This document shows positions 38,706-48,289 of a DNA stretch of 64,000 bases, in pieces (within the stretch, counting starts at the first letter, position 1; each line of letters opens with the position of its first letter). The stretch spans positions 1 to 64,000 of the forward strand of contig CANQQV010000005.1 of the NCBI GenBank assembly GCA_947626095.1. The letters run 5' to 3'. The position numbers and the translations under genes are program-made. Source of the stretch: an uncultured Bacilli bacterium (GTDB taxonomy: Bacteria; Bacillota_I; Bacilli_A; RF39; UBA660). The notes under the pieces were generated by a model, which worked only from the letters and a program-made list of their open reading frames with translations, was not told the DNA's origin and made no database searches.

Positions 38706-39296
38706 TTATGTTAATAATTTAATAGGCATTAAATCGGGGTGTGAATAAATATAGATGTCTTTTAAAAATGTTTTACTTAAATATTTAACTAGTGGTTCAT
38801 AATCTTCGTAATTACCAAATATTTTAATTGTTTTGATGTTTTCACTAGGTATAAGTTCTTTTAAATACATCGCAAGTGTTTGTTTATATTTATTAAAGTA
38901 AACGTTAAAACTCAGGATTTGATTATTATAATAGAATTTTATACTATTTGTGGATATGTCGATTAATAATTCGTGATTAGATAGAGAGAAAATATTGATG
39001 ATATTAATAAAATTAATTTGATTAAACGATAATTCTTTAAATAAATCGATTAGATTTTCTTTTTCATAGTTAGAATATGTATCATCAATTATAATATTTA
39101 GATTATCGGTTATAATTTTCTTGTTAATATTATTTTCATTCATGATTGTGGTTATTTCTTCAATAAATATTTGTTTGTTAATAATTTTATAGTTATCAAC
39201 AGAGGACATAATAAATTTTAAGAGTTTTTGATGGGTATATACTATTAAACCATTTTGGATAAATTCAATGGTTGTAATAGTTCTTTTTTTTAACAT
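38706..39296 (-). CDS. Hypothetical protein, possibly a degenerate MreB/Mbl-like actin fold
   Basis: Pattern similarity to MreB segments (LNIIIDDTYSNYEKENLIDLF, LLIDISTNSI, IKIFGN, IYIYSHPD); position after spoIID-spoIIQ. Confidence 0.4.
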   Translation of the reverse strand: MLKKRTITTIEFIQNGLIVYTHQKLLKFIMSSVDNYKIINKQIFIEEITTIMNENNINKKIITDNLNIIIDDTYSNYEKENLIDLFKELSFNQINFINIINIFSLSNHELLIDISTNSIKFYYNNQILSFNVYFNKYKQTLAMYLKELIPSENIKTIKIFGNYEDYEPLVKYLSKTFLKDIYIYSHPDLMPIKLLT

Positions 39297-39928
39297 TAAT
39301 TATTACTACTATTTAGGAATTCCTCTGGATTAGTTAAACTACCTTCTTGATATACTTCAAAGTGAAGACAGTTTTCTTTTTCACCTTCTAATTTGTTAGA
39401 GCCACTAGTAGCGATAATAGTATCTTGAGTTACCTCATCACCAACTTTTACTTTTACATCTTTAACACTTTGATAGATAGTTACAATGTTGTTAGCATGT
39501 TCAATTTCAATAATATTACCTAAAATATCATCAGTTTTAACTTCACTTACTTTACCAGGAAGAACCGGTACTATATCAAATTGTTGGTCAGAAGAATATA
39601 GGATACCAGTATTAGGCATATAAATATTTTGATAACGAATTAAAGATTTTTGTTGTTTGTCTTCTTCATCTTCATTGTTATAGTAATATTTACTAATGGT
39701 TATATTTTCACCTTTATATGGTTTGATTATTTTTACTTCTTCTTTTTCAGTTACTTCGTTTTGAACATCGATTGTGTTATCAACTAAGGCATCTGTTACG
39801 TAAGAGTTATCGGATACTAAATTGGTATTTAAGATATTACTAATTAAATAGTAACTAAATAAGGCTCCTACTAAGATAAAGATTCCTAAAGTTGGAATAA
39901 CCCAATCTTTTAATTTCTTTCTTGTCAT
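39296..39928 (-). CDS. spoIIQ: SpoIIQ-like M23/LytM protein
   Basis: N-terminal TM, PNTGILY, LGNIIEIEH, LHFEV; follows spoIID. Confidence 0.8.
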   Translation of the reverse strand: MTRKKLKDWVIPTLGIFILVGALFSYYLISNILNTNLVSDNSYVTDALVDNTIDVQNEVTEKEEVKIIKPYKGENITISKYYYNNEDEEDKQQKSLIRYQNIYMPNTGILYSSDQQFDIVPVLPGKVSEVKTDDILGNIIEIEHANNIVTIYQSVKDVKVKVGDEVTQDTIIATSGSNKLEGEKENCLHFEVYQEGSLTNPEEFLNSSNN

Positions 39929-39979
39929 TTTATCACCTTTCTAATATTAAGTGTGGACAAGAAAAAAAGAAATATACAT

Positions 39980-40882
39980 TTAAATACTATCTATTTCAAT
40001 ATTTTGATAATAGTATTTTAATATTTCTTCATAGGTATATCCTTCTTTAGCCATAGCATTAGCACCATATTGACTCATTCCTACACCATGGCCATACCCC
40101 TTAGTAGTTATTTCAATGTCATTATTTATTTTTATTGTAAAATCAGTTGATCTTAGAGATAGTAGTTGACGGATTTCGATACCAGTAAAAATTTTATTAT
40201 TTATGGTTATCTCTGATACACGATTAGATTCGTCTTTAGATATATTTGAAATAGTTATTTGGTTACATGAGATAGATAATTTTTGGCAAAATTCTTCTTT
40301 AGGAATAGTAATAGTATTTTCGTTATCTTCGTCCCATGGAGATGGAATGATGTTTAAATAAGCCGTTTCATCATTAAAGACATTAATAGAACTTTCAGTA
40401 TAACCGTTAGACATAGAATAATAGTAAGCTTTAATAGGTTCATTTTGATAGTACATTATTAAGTTTTTCGTACCATTAACGGCATTACTTATTTTTTGAT
40501 AATATTCTGAGTATTTATCTTGCCATTTATTTTGCATCTCTTCTTTACTTAGATAAACTTGATTATCAGTAGTAGTTTTAAGAGATGGATGGTTTTTTAA
40601 GTAAGATATGGCATATGTACGGGAAGCAATGGCTTGGGCTTTTAGAGCTTCTTCTTCAAAGAGTGCGGGCATTTCGCCAGCGACAACACCAATTATATAC
40701 TCTTCTAATTCGAGATTAGTTTCTTCATTATTCTTATTAATTGTTACTTCTTGCTTGTTATCAACACTCTGTTGATTATTTTCTTCCATATTAAAATTAG
40801 TTTCTTTTAGGAAGAAACTAATTATCGTTATTGGTATTAATAAAACAATGATATAAAGTAAGTTTTTAGTCAAAAAGATCAT
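39980..40882 (-). CDS. spoIID: Stage II sporulation protein D (lytic transglycosylase)
   Basis: LEEYIIGVVAGEMP, EALKAQAIASRTY, GYGHGVGMSQYGA. Confidence 0.92.
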   Translation of the reverse strand: MIFLTKNLLYIIVLLIPITIISFFLKETNFNMEENNQQSVDNKQEVTINKNNEETNLELEEYIIGVVAGEMPALFEEEALKAQAIASRTYAISYLKNHPSLKTTTDNQVYLSKEEMQNKWQDKYSEYYQKISNAVNGTKNLIMYYQNEPIKAYYYSMSNGYTESSINVFNDETAYLNIIPSPWDEDNENTITIPKEEFCQKLSISCNQITISNISKDESNRVSEITINNKIFTGIEIRQLLSLRSTDFTIKINNDIEITTKGYGHGVGMSQYGANAMAKEGYTYEEILKYYYQNIEIDSI

Positions 40883-41082
40883 CCTTTTATGATACTGCTT
40901 ACATTTATAAAATCAGTTATAAAGTTAGTAACTAAATAACTAGTAGCAAAGCTTAATAGCATTACTAAAATACGAGCTTCAATGGCTTTATTAGTTTTAA
41001 TGAAGCCATCAAAGTTAACACCAGATAAAGCAAAGATACTTATTAATAAAGTTACAATATAGATATAAGCTTTATAGTTCAT
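40879..41082 (-). CDS. DUF1146 (YwzB-like) membrane protein
   Basis: Two TM helices, ALSGVNFD...EARIL...SYLVTNF. Confidence 0.75.
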   Translation of the reverse strand: MNYKAYIYIVTLLISIFALSGVNFDGFIKTNKAIEARILVMLLSFATSYLVTNFITDFINVSSIIKG

Positions 41083-41524
41083 TATATGTACCTTCTTCGT
41101 AGTTTATGATTTTATTTACTCTTCTTTGATGTCTTTCTTCAGTTGATGGTTCAGTAGAAATAAATTCTTTAATCATGGCAATTAATTCATTTATATCTTG
41201 TTTATAACTTAAAGCGATAATATTGGCATTATTATGTTCACGGGCTAGATGAGCTTGAGATATGTTAGAACAGTGAGCACAGCGAATACCTTTAACTTTA
41301 TTAGCAGCGATACTCATACCAATACCGGTACCACACATTAGGACACCTAGGTCAGCTTCTTTACTAATAATACTTTTACTTACACGAAAAGCAAAATCGG
41401 GATAGTCATCAGTTGGATTGTTATCAGGACTAAGATCAATTATTTCATACTCTGATAATGCTTTAATTATTTCTTTTTTTTCATTAACACCATTGTGATC
41501 AGTTGCGATTGCTATCTTCATCAT
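41072..41524 (-). CDS. rpiB: Ribose-5-phosphate isomerase B
   Basis: DH, DYPD, CGTGIGMS, AREHNNAN, RHQRR. Confidence 0.93.
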   Translation of the reverse strand: MMKIAIATDHNGVNEKKEIIKALSEYEIIDLSPDNNPTDDYPDFAFRVSKSIISKEADLGVLMCGTGIGMSIAANKVKGIRCAHCSNISQAHLAREHNNANIIALSYKQDINELIAMIKEFISTEPSTEERHQRRVNKIINYEEGTYNEL

Positions 41525-42530
41525 TATTCTCCTTTTTATTCATAGCTTCTTTAAATCTTGGTAATAAACCTTGGCCATTAGAACGATGTGGTGGTAGTTG
41601 ATATAAGTCATGGCCTGGGAATTCGTTGCCTTCTATTAAGAATGGATCTTTAGGTCCTAGGCAGACATCCCAACCAACATAACCTACTTCAGGAACTTCA
41701 TAGGATGCTTTAATAACGAAACGTTTTATACGAGGCCATTTAGGGATTTTAAACCATATTATTGATTCACCAGTTATAGGATGTTTATCGTATATATTAC
41801 CTTTTTTATCAACTGCTAGGTAATCTATAATACCTGTTTCAATGTTGATTGGGGCGACTAATCCATCATGATTAAAATTATCAACAATATTATTATTGTT
41901 ACCGATTCTTAAGTAAGCAGCGACGATTATATGGTTTAAAGTAACAATTCTAATAGTATTGACTGATGATGGATGAAGAGACGCAATTTCTGGACATTGA
42001 ACAGCTATTTCTTCAACTAAATATCTTTTAGTTTCTAATAAGTTATTATATATCTTTTTAACATTATGGGTATTAACTTTAAATATTTCAATGCCTTTAC
42101 CACAGCTTTCAGATAAAGGTTTGACTAAGATACTTGGATGTTTTTTACAGAAGGCCGTAAATTCTTGGTAACTTTCTTTAGTATCTTTTACTTCCATCCA
42201 ATCTCTTAAAAGGTATTTATGAAATTTCTGATTAAAAGTTATTTTATTACTAAAATATTTCATATATTCAGGATTATTATATTTTTTAACGATATCATTA
42301 TTAATTCCGCGAGTAATGATAGTTTCTCTTTGAGCTTTATTTAAATTATACATTTCATATAATTTATAATCCATATAGCCAGCTTGATATTTAAAACCAC
42401 AATTAACAATATCACAGAAAATAAATAATCGATTCTTATGATTCTTTTCATGAATGTAGTTAATGGTATCAAAAAGGCCACGATAGTTCATGCTTTTTAT
42501 TCTTGTAAATAAATAACCTATTTTACCCAT
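41499..42530 (-). CDS. Sugar-transfer-associated ATP-grasp protein
   Basis: VKPLSESCGKGI, SVNTIRIVT, VDNF, HP, GWDV, IEGN. Confidence 0.8.
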   Translation of the reverse strand: MGKIGYLFTRIKSMNYRGLFDTINYIHEKNHKNRLFIFCDIVNCGFKYQAGYMDYKLYEMYNLNKAQRETIITRGINNDIVKKYNNPEYMKYFSNKITFNQKFHKYLLRDWMEVKDTKESYQEFTAFCKKHPSILVKPLSESCGKGIEIFKVNTHNVKKIYNNLLETKRYLVEEIAVQCPEIASLHPSSVNTIRIVTLNHIIVAAYLRIGNNNNIVDNFNHDGLVAPINIETGIIDYLAVDKKGNIYDKHPITGESIIWFKIPKWPRIKRFVIKASYEVPEVGYVGWDVCLGPKDPFLIEGNEFPGHDLYQLPPHRSNGQGLLPRFKEAMNKKENNDEDSNRN

Positions 42531-42584
42531 AATTACCACCCTGTTTATAGTATACCACAATTTTTAAGGAATGAAAAAAAGCTA

Positions 42585-42800
42585 CTATTTAGCAGCTTCT
42601 TGATCATAACCATATCTACGGTTGAACTTTTCAACTGAACCAGTCTTTTTAGCCTTACCTTGTTTTCCTGTATAGAATGGATGACATTCACTACATACTT
42701 CAATATGGATTTCATCTTTAGTTGATTTAGTCATGAATGTAGCTCCACAAGCACAAGTTACTTTGCAATCTTTAAGTTCTGGATGGATATCTTTTTTCAT
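42585..42800 (-). CDS. rpmE: 50S ribosomal protein L31 (Zn-binding type)
   Basis: [21 protein letters not shown]. Confidence 0.97.
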   Translation of the reverse strand: MKKDIHPELKDCKVTCACGATFMTKSTKDEIHIEVCSECHPFYTGKQGKAKKTGSVEKFNRRYGYDQEAAK

Positions 42801-42807
42801 TTTTATT

Positions 42808-42853
42808 CTCCTTCCGCCATGTCTAATATTTAAGACATAGTAATTTCTTCGTC
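42808..42853 (-). promoter_or_regulatory. L31 leader RNA (Firmicutes type)
   Basis: Minus strand ACT-ATGTCT...AGACAT-GGCGGAAGGAG hairpin next to the RBS, downstream of TGaTATAAT (42860-42868). Confidence 0.55.
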
Positions 42854-42914
42854 TAATGTATTATATCATAAGAATTGAACTTATCAAGTCTTAATCTTAT
42901 TTTTTCTTACTATT

Positions 42915-43436
42915 TTACTTCTTTTTGAAGATAGAAATAACTTTTCCTGTCATAAAAACGATAGAATCACTATTTTTAGTAGCAACATTTTTAAAAACAG
43001 CTTTGAAACCAACAGTTAAAGCAGAAATTACAGCGGTAACTAAGATAGTTGTGATAGTAGTACTAAAGTGGAAATAATTAGCAATAGATAGAGTTAGGAC
43101 AGCACCTAAACTACCACTTACAATACCACATATATCTCCAATAACATCATTACATACTGAAGATACTTTAGTTGAATTTTTTAACAAGGATATAGCTTCT
43201 TTAGCACCTTTTAATTTTTTAGTAGCTTTAGCATGAAGATTAGCTTCTTTACTAGTTAAAACAGCAACACCTATCATATCAAAGATAATACCAATTGAAA
43301 TAACAACTAAGATAATTATTGTTAAGACTATTTCATTAAAAGTATCAGATATTACAGTAGAAATACCACTAAATAAGATAGATAAAATAAAAGATAATAA
43401 AAAAACTTTATATATCCAGTTAACATTACTCTTCAT
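42915..43436 (-). CDS. oapA: OLE-associated protein A (DUF21/CNNM-like membrane protein)
   Basis: GIIFDMIGVA, GAKEAI, CNDVIGDICGIVSG, ALTVG motifs; directly downstream of an OLE-like RNA. Confidence 0.85.
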   Translation of the reverse strand: MKSNVNWIYKVFLLSFILSILFSGISTVISDTFNEIVLTIIILVVISIGIIFDMIGVAVLTSKEANLHAKATKKLKGAKEAISLLKNSTKVSSVCNDVIGDICGIVSGSLGAVLTLSIANYFHFSTTITTILVTAVISALTVGFKAVFKNVATKNSDSIVFMTGKVISIFKKK

Positions 43437-43470
43437 ATTAACTCTCCTTATAAAGTAATTTAATAAAAAC

Positions 43471-43928
43471 TTATGGTATATTATAAATTAATTTTACGGC
43501 TTTGGTCGAGTTGAATTTCTCTAGCTCCTACCATCGATTACTCTCTGGCGATTTCTCTTTAAAGGATCCAATCGAATGTTACCGGTTCGATTACTCGATT
43601 ACCACTTAGTCCGTACCTCAAACTTTATAATACATACACCCTAGAGAATTTCTCTATCATATAGGGATTATTCTTATTCGCTTTTGCAATTACAATTTCA
43701 ATTACTATCCCTTGTAATCACTCACGACATGCACTAGTTATATCTTCACGGCAGACGGGATAAAAGGAACTCTTTATATGCCATTATAATTTGTCCTTAA
43801 ATCTTAAATCATATACCCACCCGATTCTGGGCGAAACAAGCAAGTATACAAAGTGTCATATCAGCACAATTGGTAGATTTTTAGCCCCACCTTCAAATAA
43901 TTTTTATGACTAGGATAATGCACCATAA
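43471..43928 (-). ncRNA. ole: OLE RNA (compact, ~458 nt)
   Basis: GC-richer, ORF-free region; terminal helix TTATGGTGCATTAT/ATAATATACCATAA; OLE-like blocks GGTGCA..CTAGTCA, TTTGAAGGTGGGGCTAAAAATC, GCCCAG, AATGGCAT, TTGCAAAAG, CGGACTAAGTGGTAATC, GCCGTAA; upstream of oapA. Confidence 0.87.
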
Positions 43929-43936
43929 CGATTAAA

Positions 43937-43965
43937 AGTTTATCAAATCTAGGAAAAAATGTCAA
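43937..43965 (-). promoter_or_regulatory. Sigma-A promoter of ole-oapA
   Basis: TTGACA-17 bp-TAAACT with extended TG, ending about 8 nt before the OLE terminal helix. Confidence 0.75.
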
Positions 43966-43971
43966 ATCTTC

Positions 43972-45225
43972 CTATACTTCTTTAATCTTAATTTTAGCAC
44001 CAGCTTTAGTTAGTTTTTCAACGATATTTTCGTATCCTCTTAGGATATGTTCTATCTCATTAACAGTAGTTTTTCCTTTAGCTATTAAACCAGCTATAAC
44101 CATAGCTGCACCAGCTCTTAAATCAGTAGCGGTTACTTCTTCGCCTTTTAATGGAGTTTTACCAACAATAATCGCCGTACGATCATTAACGCGAATATTA
44201 GCACCCATTTTTTGTAAGTATTTAATATGGCCCATACGATTTTCATAGATGGTTTCTTCAAAGATAGACATACCATCAGCTTGCGTTAGTAAGACACTCA
44301 TCGGTTGACCTAAATCAGTGGCAAAACCGGGGAAGACTAATGTTTTAACGTTGATTGATTTATATTTTTTAGGCCTGTTGATAACTATCGAGTTATTATC
44401 AATTTTCATATCAACACCCATTTCTTTTAATTTAGATAATAAAGCATCAATATGTTCTTCGATAATACCACTTATTTTTAGGTTTTTACCAAGTAAAGCT
44501 CCCATTATAATGTAGGTTCCAGCTTCAATACGATCAGGAATAACATCGATAACGGCTTTACCTAGCTTTTGAACACCTTCAATTTTTATTTCACTAGTTC
44601 CTGCACCAGTAATTCTAGCTCCCATATTATTTAGTAAGGTCGCAATATTAACGATTTCTGGTTCTTTAGCAGCATTAGATATATAAGTAGTTCCTTCAGC
44701 TTTAACGGCAGCTAGCATAATATTAATAGTCGCACCAACTGAAGCAAAGTCTAAATAAATACGAGCTCCTTTTAATTTATCTGTTTTAAAAATATATTTA
44801 TTGCCTTCAATAGTTACTTCAGCACCTAGTTTTTGAAAGCCATTAATATGGAAATCAATTGGTCTTGAACCAATATTACATCCACCTGGGAAGTATATTT
44901 CAGCATAATGGAATTTACCAAGTAAGGCCCCCATAAAGTAGTAAGATGCTCTTAGTTTTTTACTTAGTTCTTCAGGAACTAATTTATTTTCAATATGACT
45001 GGTATCGATTTTCATTATTTCATCTTGATATTCAACTTTACCGTTTAGTAAATCAATAATATCTAGTAAAGCTCTAGTATCAGATATATCTGGGACGTTA
45101 TATAATGTAACTTCTTCATCTGATAAAATAGCAGCTGGTATTAAAGCTACAACACTATTTTTAGCACCACTGATTTTAATTTCACCAGTTAGTTCATGTC
45201 CCCCATCAATTATTAATTGTTTCAT
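43972..45225 (-). CDS. murA: UDP-N-acetylglucosamine 1-carboxyvinyltransferase
   Basis: SGAKNS, LRASYY, PGGCNIGSRP, DRIEAGT, TDLRAGA. Confidence 0.97.
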   Translation of the reverse strand: MKQLIIDGGHELTGEIKISGAKNSVVALIPAAILSDEEVTLYNVPDISDTRALLDIIDLLNGKVEYQDEIMKIDTSHIENKLVPEELSKKLRASYYFMGALLGKFHYAEIYFPGGCNIGSRPIDFHINGFQKLGAEVTIEGNKYIFKTDKLKGARIYLDFASVGATINIMLAAVKAEGTTYISNAAKEPEIVNIATLLNNMGARITGAGTSEIKIEGVQKLGKAVIDVIPDRIEAGTYIIMGALLGKNLKISGIIEEHIDALLSKLKEMGVDMKIDNNSIVINRPKKYKSINVKTLVFPGFATDLGQPMSVLLTQADGMSIFEETIYENRMGHIKYLQKMGANIRVNDRTAIIVGKTPLKGEEVTATDLRAGAAMVIAGLIAKGKTTVNEIEHILRGYENIVEKLTKAGAKIKIKEV

Positions 45226-45334
45226 TTAATCACTCTCATACTTCTATAAGTAAATTTTGATAATTATTACTTATCAAATTTACTATATAATTAACAATTA
45301 ATTTTGTCAATTGATTTAATTGTTATCTATAGCT

Positions 45335-45844
45335 TTATGAACCTAGTTTTTCTAAGATTTCTTGAATAAAGAATTTATATTCAACTTCATCATAATCTTC
45401 TTCATTAGATTCTAATAAACATAGTGGTGGATACATAACACACCACCAGTTATTACCTTGAGCTTCACCTAAAGAGATAACTAATGATTCATATTCACCT
45501 TCATTATAAGTTACACCTTTATAATTTTTGGATGGGAAATAATTAGGTCCATAATTTACTTTGTATGGTATATTATATGAATTTAAAGTATTTTTGATAA
45601 TATCTTCGTTAGCAGAAATAATTTGACGAGATTCTTCTAAGGAACTTGCATTTTCAAGTAAAGGAAAGAATTGTTGTTCTAAGTCTTTCTTTATAGCTTT
45701 TTTAGTATTTTGATCAAGATCAGAGTTACTATTAGCGATTATTCTAAATCTAATTGAATCATTAGGTATTATAGGATTATTATTGTTATATAGGAAGAAT
45801 GATAAGACAATTATAATTAAAACAATGTAGATTATTTTTTTCAT
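45335..45844 (-). CDS. spoIIR: Stage II sporulation protein R
   Basis: IRFRIIANSNSDLDQ, FPSKNY, GNNWWCVMYPPLC. Confidence 0.92.
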   Translation of the reverse strand: MKKIIYIVLIIIVLSFFLYNNNNPIIPNDSIRFRIIANSNSDLDQNTKKAIKKDLEQQFFPLLENASSLEESRQIISANEDIIKNTLNSYNIPYKVNYGPNYFPSKNYKGVTYNEGEYESLVISLGEAQGNNWWCVMYPPLCLLESNEEDYDEVEYKFFIQEILEKLGS

Positions 45845-45886
45845 TAAAATATCACCTAACATAATGTTGGGTGATATTAGTATATT

Positions 45887-46615
45887 TTATTCATTGATTA
45901 TAAAAATATAACGATTTAGATGGCGAAAATCTTGTTCTAAGATAATTTTAGCGTTAGGAAAATAAGTATTAGCGATATCTTTGATAGCACTACCCTCTTC
46001 TTCACCAATTTCAAAAGCGATTATTGATTTTGACTTTAAGTACTTAGAGGATTCTTTAATTATTTCTTTATAGAAGTATAAACCATTATCTTTCGCATAT
46101 AAAGCAAGATGAGGCTCATTATTTTTAACAATTGGCATTATTTCTTCATCTTCTTTAATATATGGGGGATTACTAATTATTAAGTCGAATTTGCCATCTA
46201 TGTTAGAAAAGATATTACTTTCTTGAAAGTTAATATTAACATTATTTAGTTTAGCGTTAGAAATAGCTACTTTTAAAGCTTGAGGTGAGATATCACAAGC
46301 TGTAATATTTGCATTTTGAAATTCTTTTTTTAAAGCAATAGGTATACATCCGCTACCAGTACCAATATCTAAGATACTTAAATTAGATGGAAAATATTCT
46401 TTGATTAATTTAACGACTTTTTCCACTAATTCTTCAGTTTCAGGGCGAGGGATTAAGACATCTTTATTAACTTTAAGTAAGCTATTATAGAAGTATGTTT
46501 CGCCGATAATATATTGGACTGGTTCACCATTTTCTAACCTTTTAATAGCTTCTTCTAAGTTTCTTTCTGGAGGAAGATATTTTTTTAAATATTCTAATTC
46601 AGTCATAGGAATCAT
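45887..46615 (-). CDS. prmC: Release factor glutamine methyltransferase
   Basis: EPVQYI, LIPRPETEEL, DIGTGSG, SNPPY. Confidence 0.95.
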   Translation of the reverse strand: MIPMTELEYLKKYLPPERNLEEAIKRLENGEPVQYIIGETYFYNSLLKVNKDVLIPRPETEELVEKVVKLIKEYFPSNLSILDIGTGSGCIPIALKKEFQNANITACDISPQALKVAISNAKLNNVNINFQESNIFSNIDGKFDLIISNPPYIKEDEEIMPIVKNNEPHLALYAKDNGLYFYKEIIKESSKYLKSKSIIAFEIGEEEGSAIKDIANTYFPNAKIILEQDFRHLNRYIFIINE

Positions 46616-46633
46616 CTTTCTAAAAAAAGGAGA

Positions 46634-47689
46634 TTATTCTCCTTTTAGTTTTCTTTGTAAGTCTTCAGTAATTAAAGCTTCGATGATGTCTTCTAAGTCA
46701 CCATCCATAACACGATCGAGATTATTAGTAGTATAACCAATACGATGATCGGTTACTCTGTTTTGAGGATAGTTATAAGTTCTAATCTTTTCGGCACGAT
46801 CACCGGTACCTATCTTACTACGTCTTTCATTACCAACTTCAGCATCTTGCTTTTCTTGTTCGGCTTGATATAAACGAGCTTTTAAAACTTCCATAGCTTG
46901 AGCTTTATTTTGTAATTGGCTTCGTTCATTTTGACAAGTTACTACTGTATTAGTTGGTAAGTGAGTAATACGTACAGCAGATGGAGTGGTATTAACACCT
47001 TGACCACCATGACCAGTTGCACAGTAAACATCGATTCTTAAATCATTAGGATTAATATCGATTTCAACATCTTCGACTTCAGGCATTATAAGAACAGTAG
47101 CGGTAGATGTTTGGATACGACCATTAGATTCAGTAACAGGAACTCTTTGAACACGATGAGAACCTGATTCATATTTTAATTTAGAATAAACACTTTCACC
47201 TTTTATTTTAGCTTCAATTTGGGAATAGCCACCAGCTGTTCCTGGTTCTGAATTGATGACATCAATCTTCCAACCTTGAGAATCGGCATAACGAGAATAC
47301 ATTCTAAACAAGTCACCAGCAAAGATATTAGCTTCATCTCCACCAGCAGCTCCTCTTATTTCCATAATTATATCTTTATCATCATTTTCATCTTTAGGAA
47401 TAAGTAATATTTCTAGTTCACTAATTAATTTTTCTTTTTTAGCTTGGCCTTCTTCTAATTCAAGAGCAGCCATCTCACCCATTTCAGGATCATTTAATAA
47501 TTCTTTAGCTTCTTTAATATTACTTTCAACTTTTTGATATTCTTTATACTTTAAGTATGTTTCTTCTAAATCTTTTTGTTCTTTAGATAATTTCCTTAAA
47601 GTATTATAATCATTTAATACTTCAGGGGTAGAAAGTTTTTCTGTTAATTCTTCGTATTTTGCTTGTATCGCTTCTAATCTTTCAAACAT
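46634..47689 (-). CDS. prfA: Peptide chain release factor 1
   Basis: HRVQRVPVTE, GGQ, RTYNYPQ. Confidence 0.97.
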   Translation of the reverse strand: MFERLEAIQAKYEELTEKLSTPEVLNDYNTLRKLSKEQKDLEETYLKYKEYQKVESNIKEAKELLNDPEMGEMAALELEEGQAKKEKLISELEILLIPKDENDDKDIIMEIRGAAGGDEANIFAGDLFRMYSRYADSQGWKIDVINSEPGTAGGYSQIEAKIKGESVYSKLKYESGSHRVQRVPVTESNGRIQTSTATVLIMPEVEDVEIDINPNDLRIDVYCATGHGGQGVNTTPSAVRITHLPTNTVVTCQNERSQLQNKAQAMEVLKARLYQAEQEKQDAEVGNERRSKIGTGDRAEKIRTYNYPQNRVTDHRIGYTTNNLDRVMDGDLEDIIEALITEDLQRKLKGE

Positions 47690-47752
47690 GATTATTTCAC
47701 GCCTTTCGTCTTGTATTATATCATATTAAAATTAAATGTAAAAAACAAATGG

Positions 47753-48202
47753 TTACATCATGCCATTTGCTTCTTCATCTTCATCGATTATGACTAAATC
47801 TTTTAAATCATCGTCATCAGTTAAATCTTCAGTTTCATCTTCTTCATCAGAATAGATATCTTTATCTTCTGTTTCATCTTCTTCGATGTCATCTAAGTCA
47901 ACATCTTCTTCGATGTCTTCATCGTCATCATCATTATCAATGATTACTTTAGTAGAATGTTTAGTTTTTAAATCCCAAAGACCATTTCCTAACATTATGA
48001 AACGGCGATCAGTTGATAAAACATCTAAGAAAGCTGGTAATTTATCTACAAATTCGTCATCAGATAAACCAACTAATTTGCAAATTTCCTTAAATAATTC
48101 GTTGATCTTCATTTGACGATTAGTTTCAGTTAGGATCATTTCTGCTATATCATCGTAGGACATAGCCTCTAATTCGGCTTGAGTTAAATCTTTTAATTTC
48201 AT
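47753..48202 (-). CDS. rpoE: RNA polymerase delta subunit
   Basis: N-terminal domain (TDRRFIMLGNGLWDLK) plus a highly acidic tail. Confidence 0.9.
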   Translation of the reverse strand: MKLKDLTQAELEAMSYDDIAEMILTETNRQMKINELFKEICKLVGLSDDEFVDKLPAFLDVLSTDRRFIMLGNGLWDLKTKHSTKVIIDNDDDDEDIEEDVDLDDIEEDETEDKDIYSDEEDETEDLTDDDDLKDLVIIDEDEEANGMM

Positions 48203-48289
48203 TTTAGTTATAACCTCCAAATATTTCACTAGACACCATTATACATATTTTTTTTAATATGACAATAGAAATTTTTAAATTTTTTTAAT

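Noticed and set aside
43471-43928. RNase P RNA or tmRNA as the identity of the long intergenic RNA
   Set aside because: No GAGGAAAGUCC/P4 signature and no tRNA-like GGGG...CCACCA ends; the blocks and the oapA neighbour fit OLE.
47753-47940. GAT/GAA-rich low-complexity tract
   Set aside because: It is the normal acidic tail of the RNA polymerase delta subunit.
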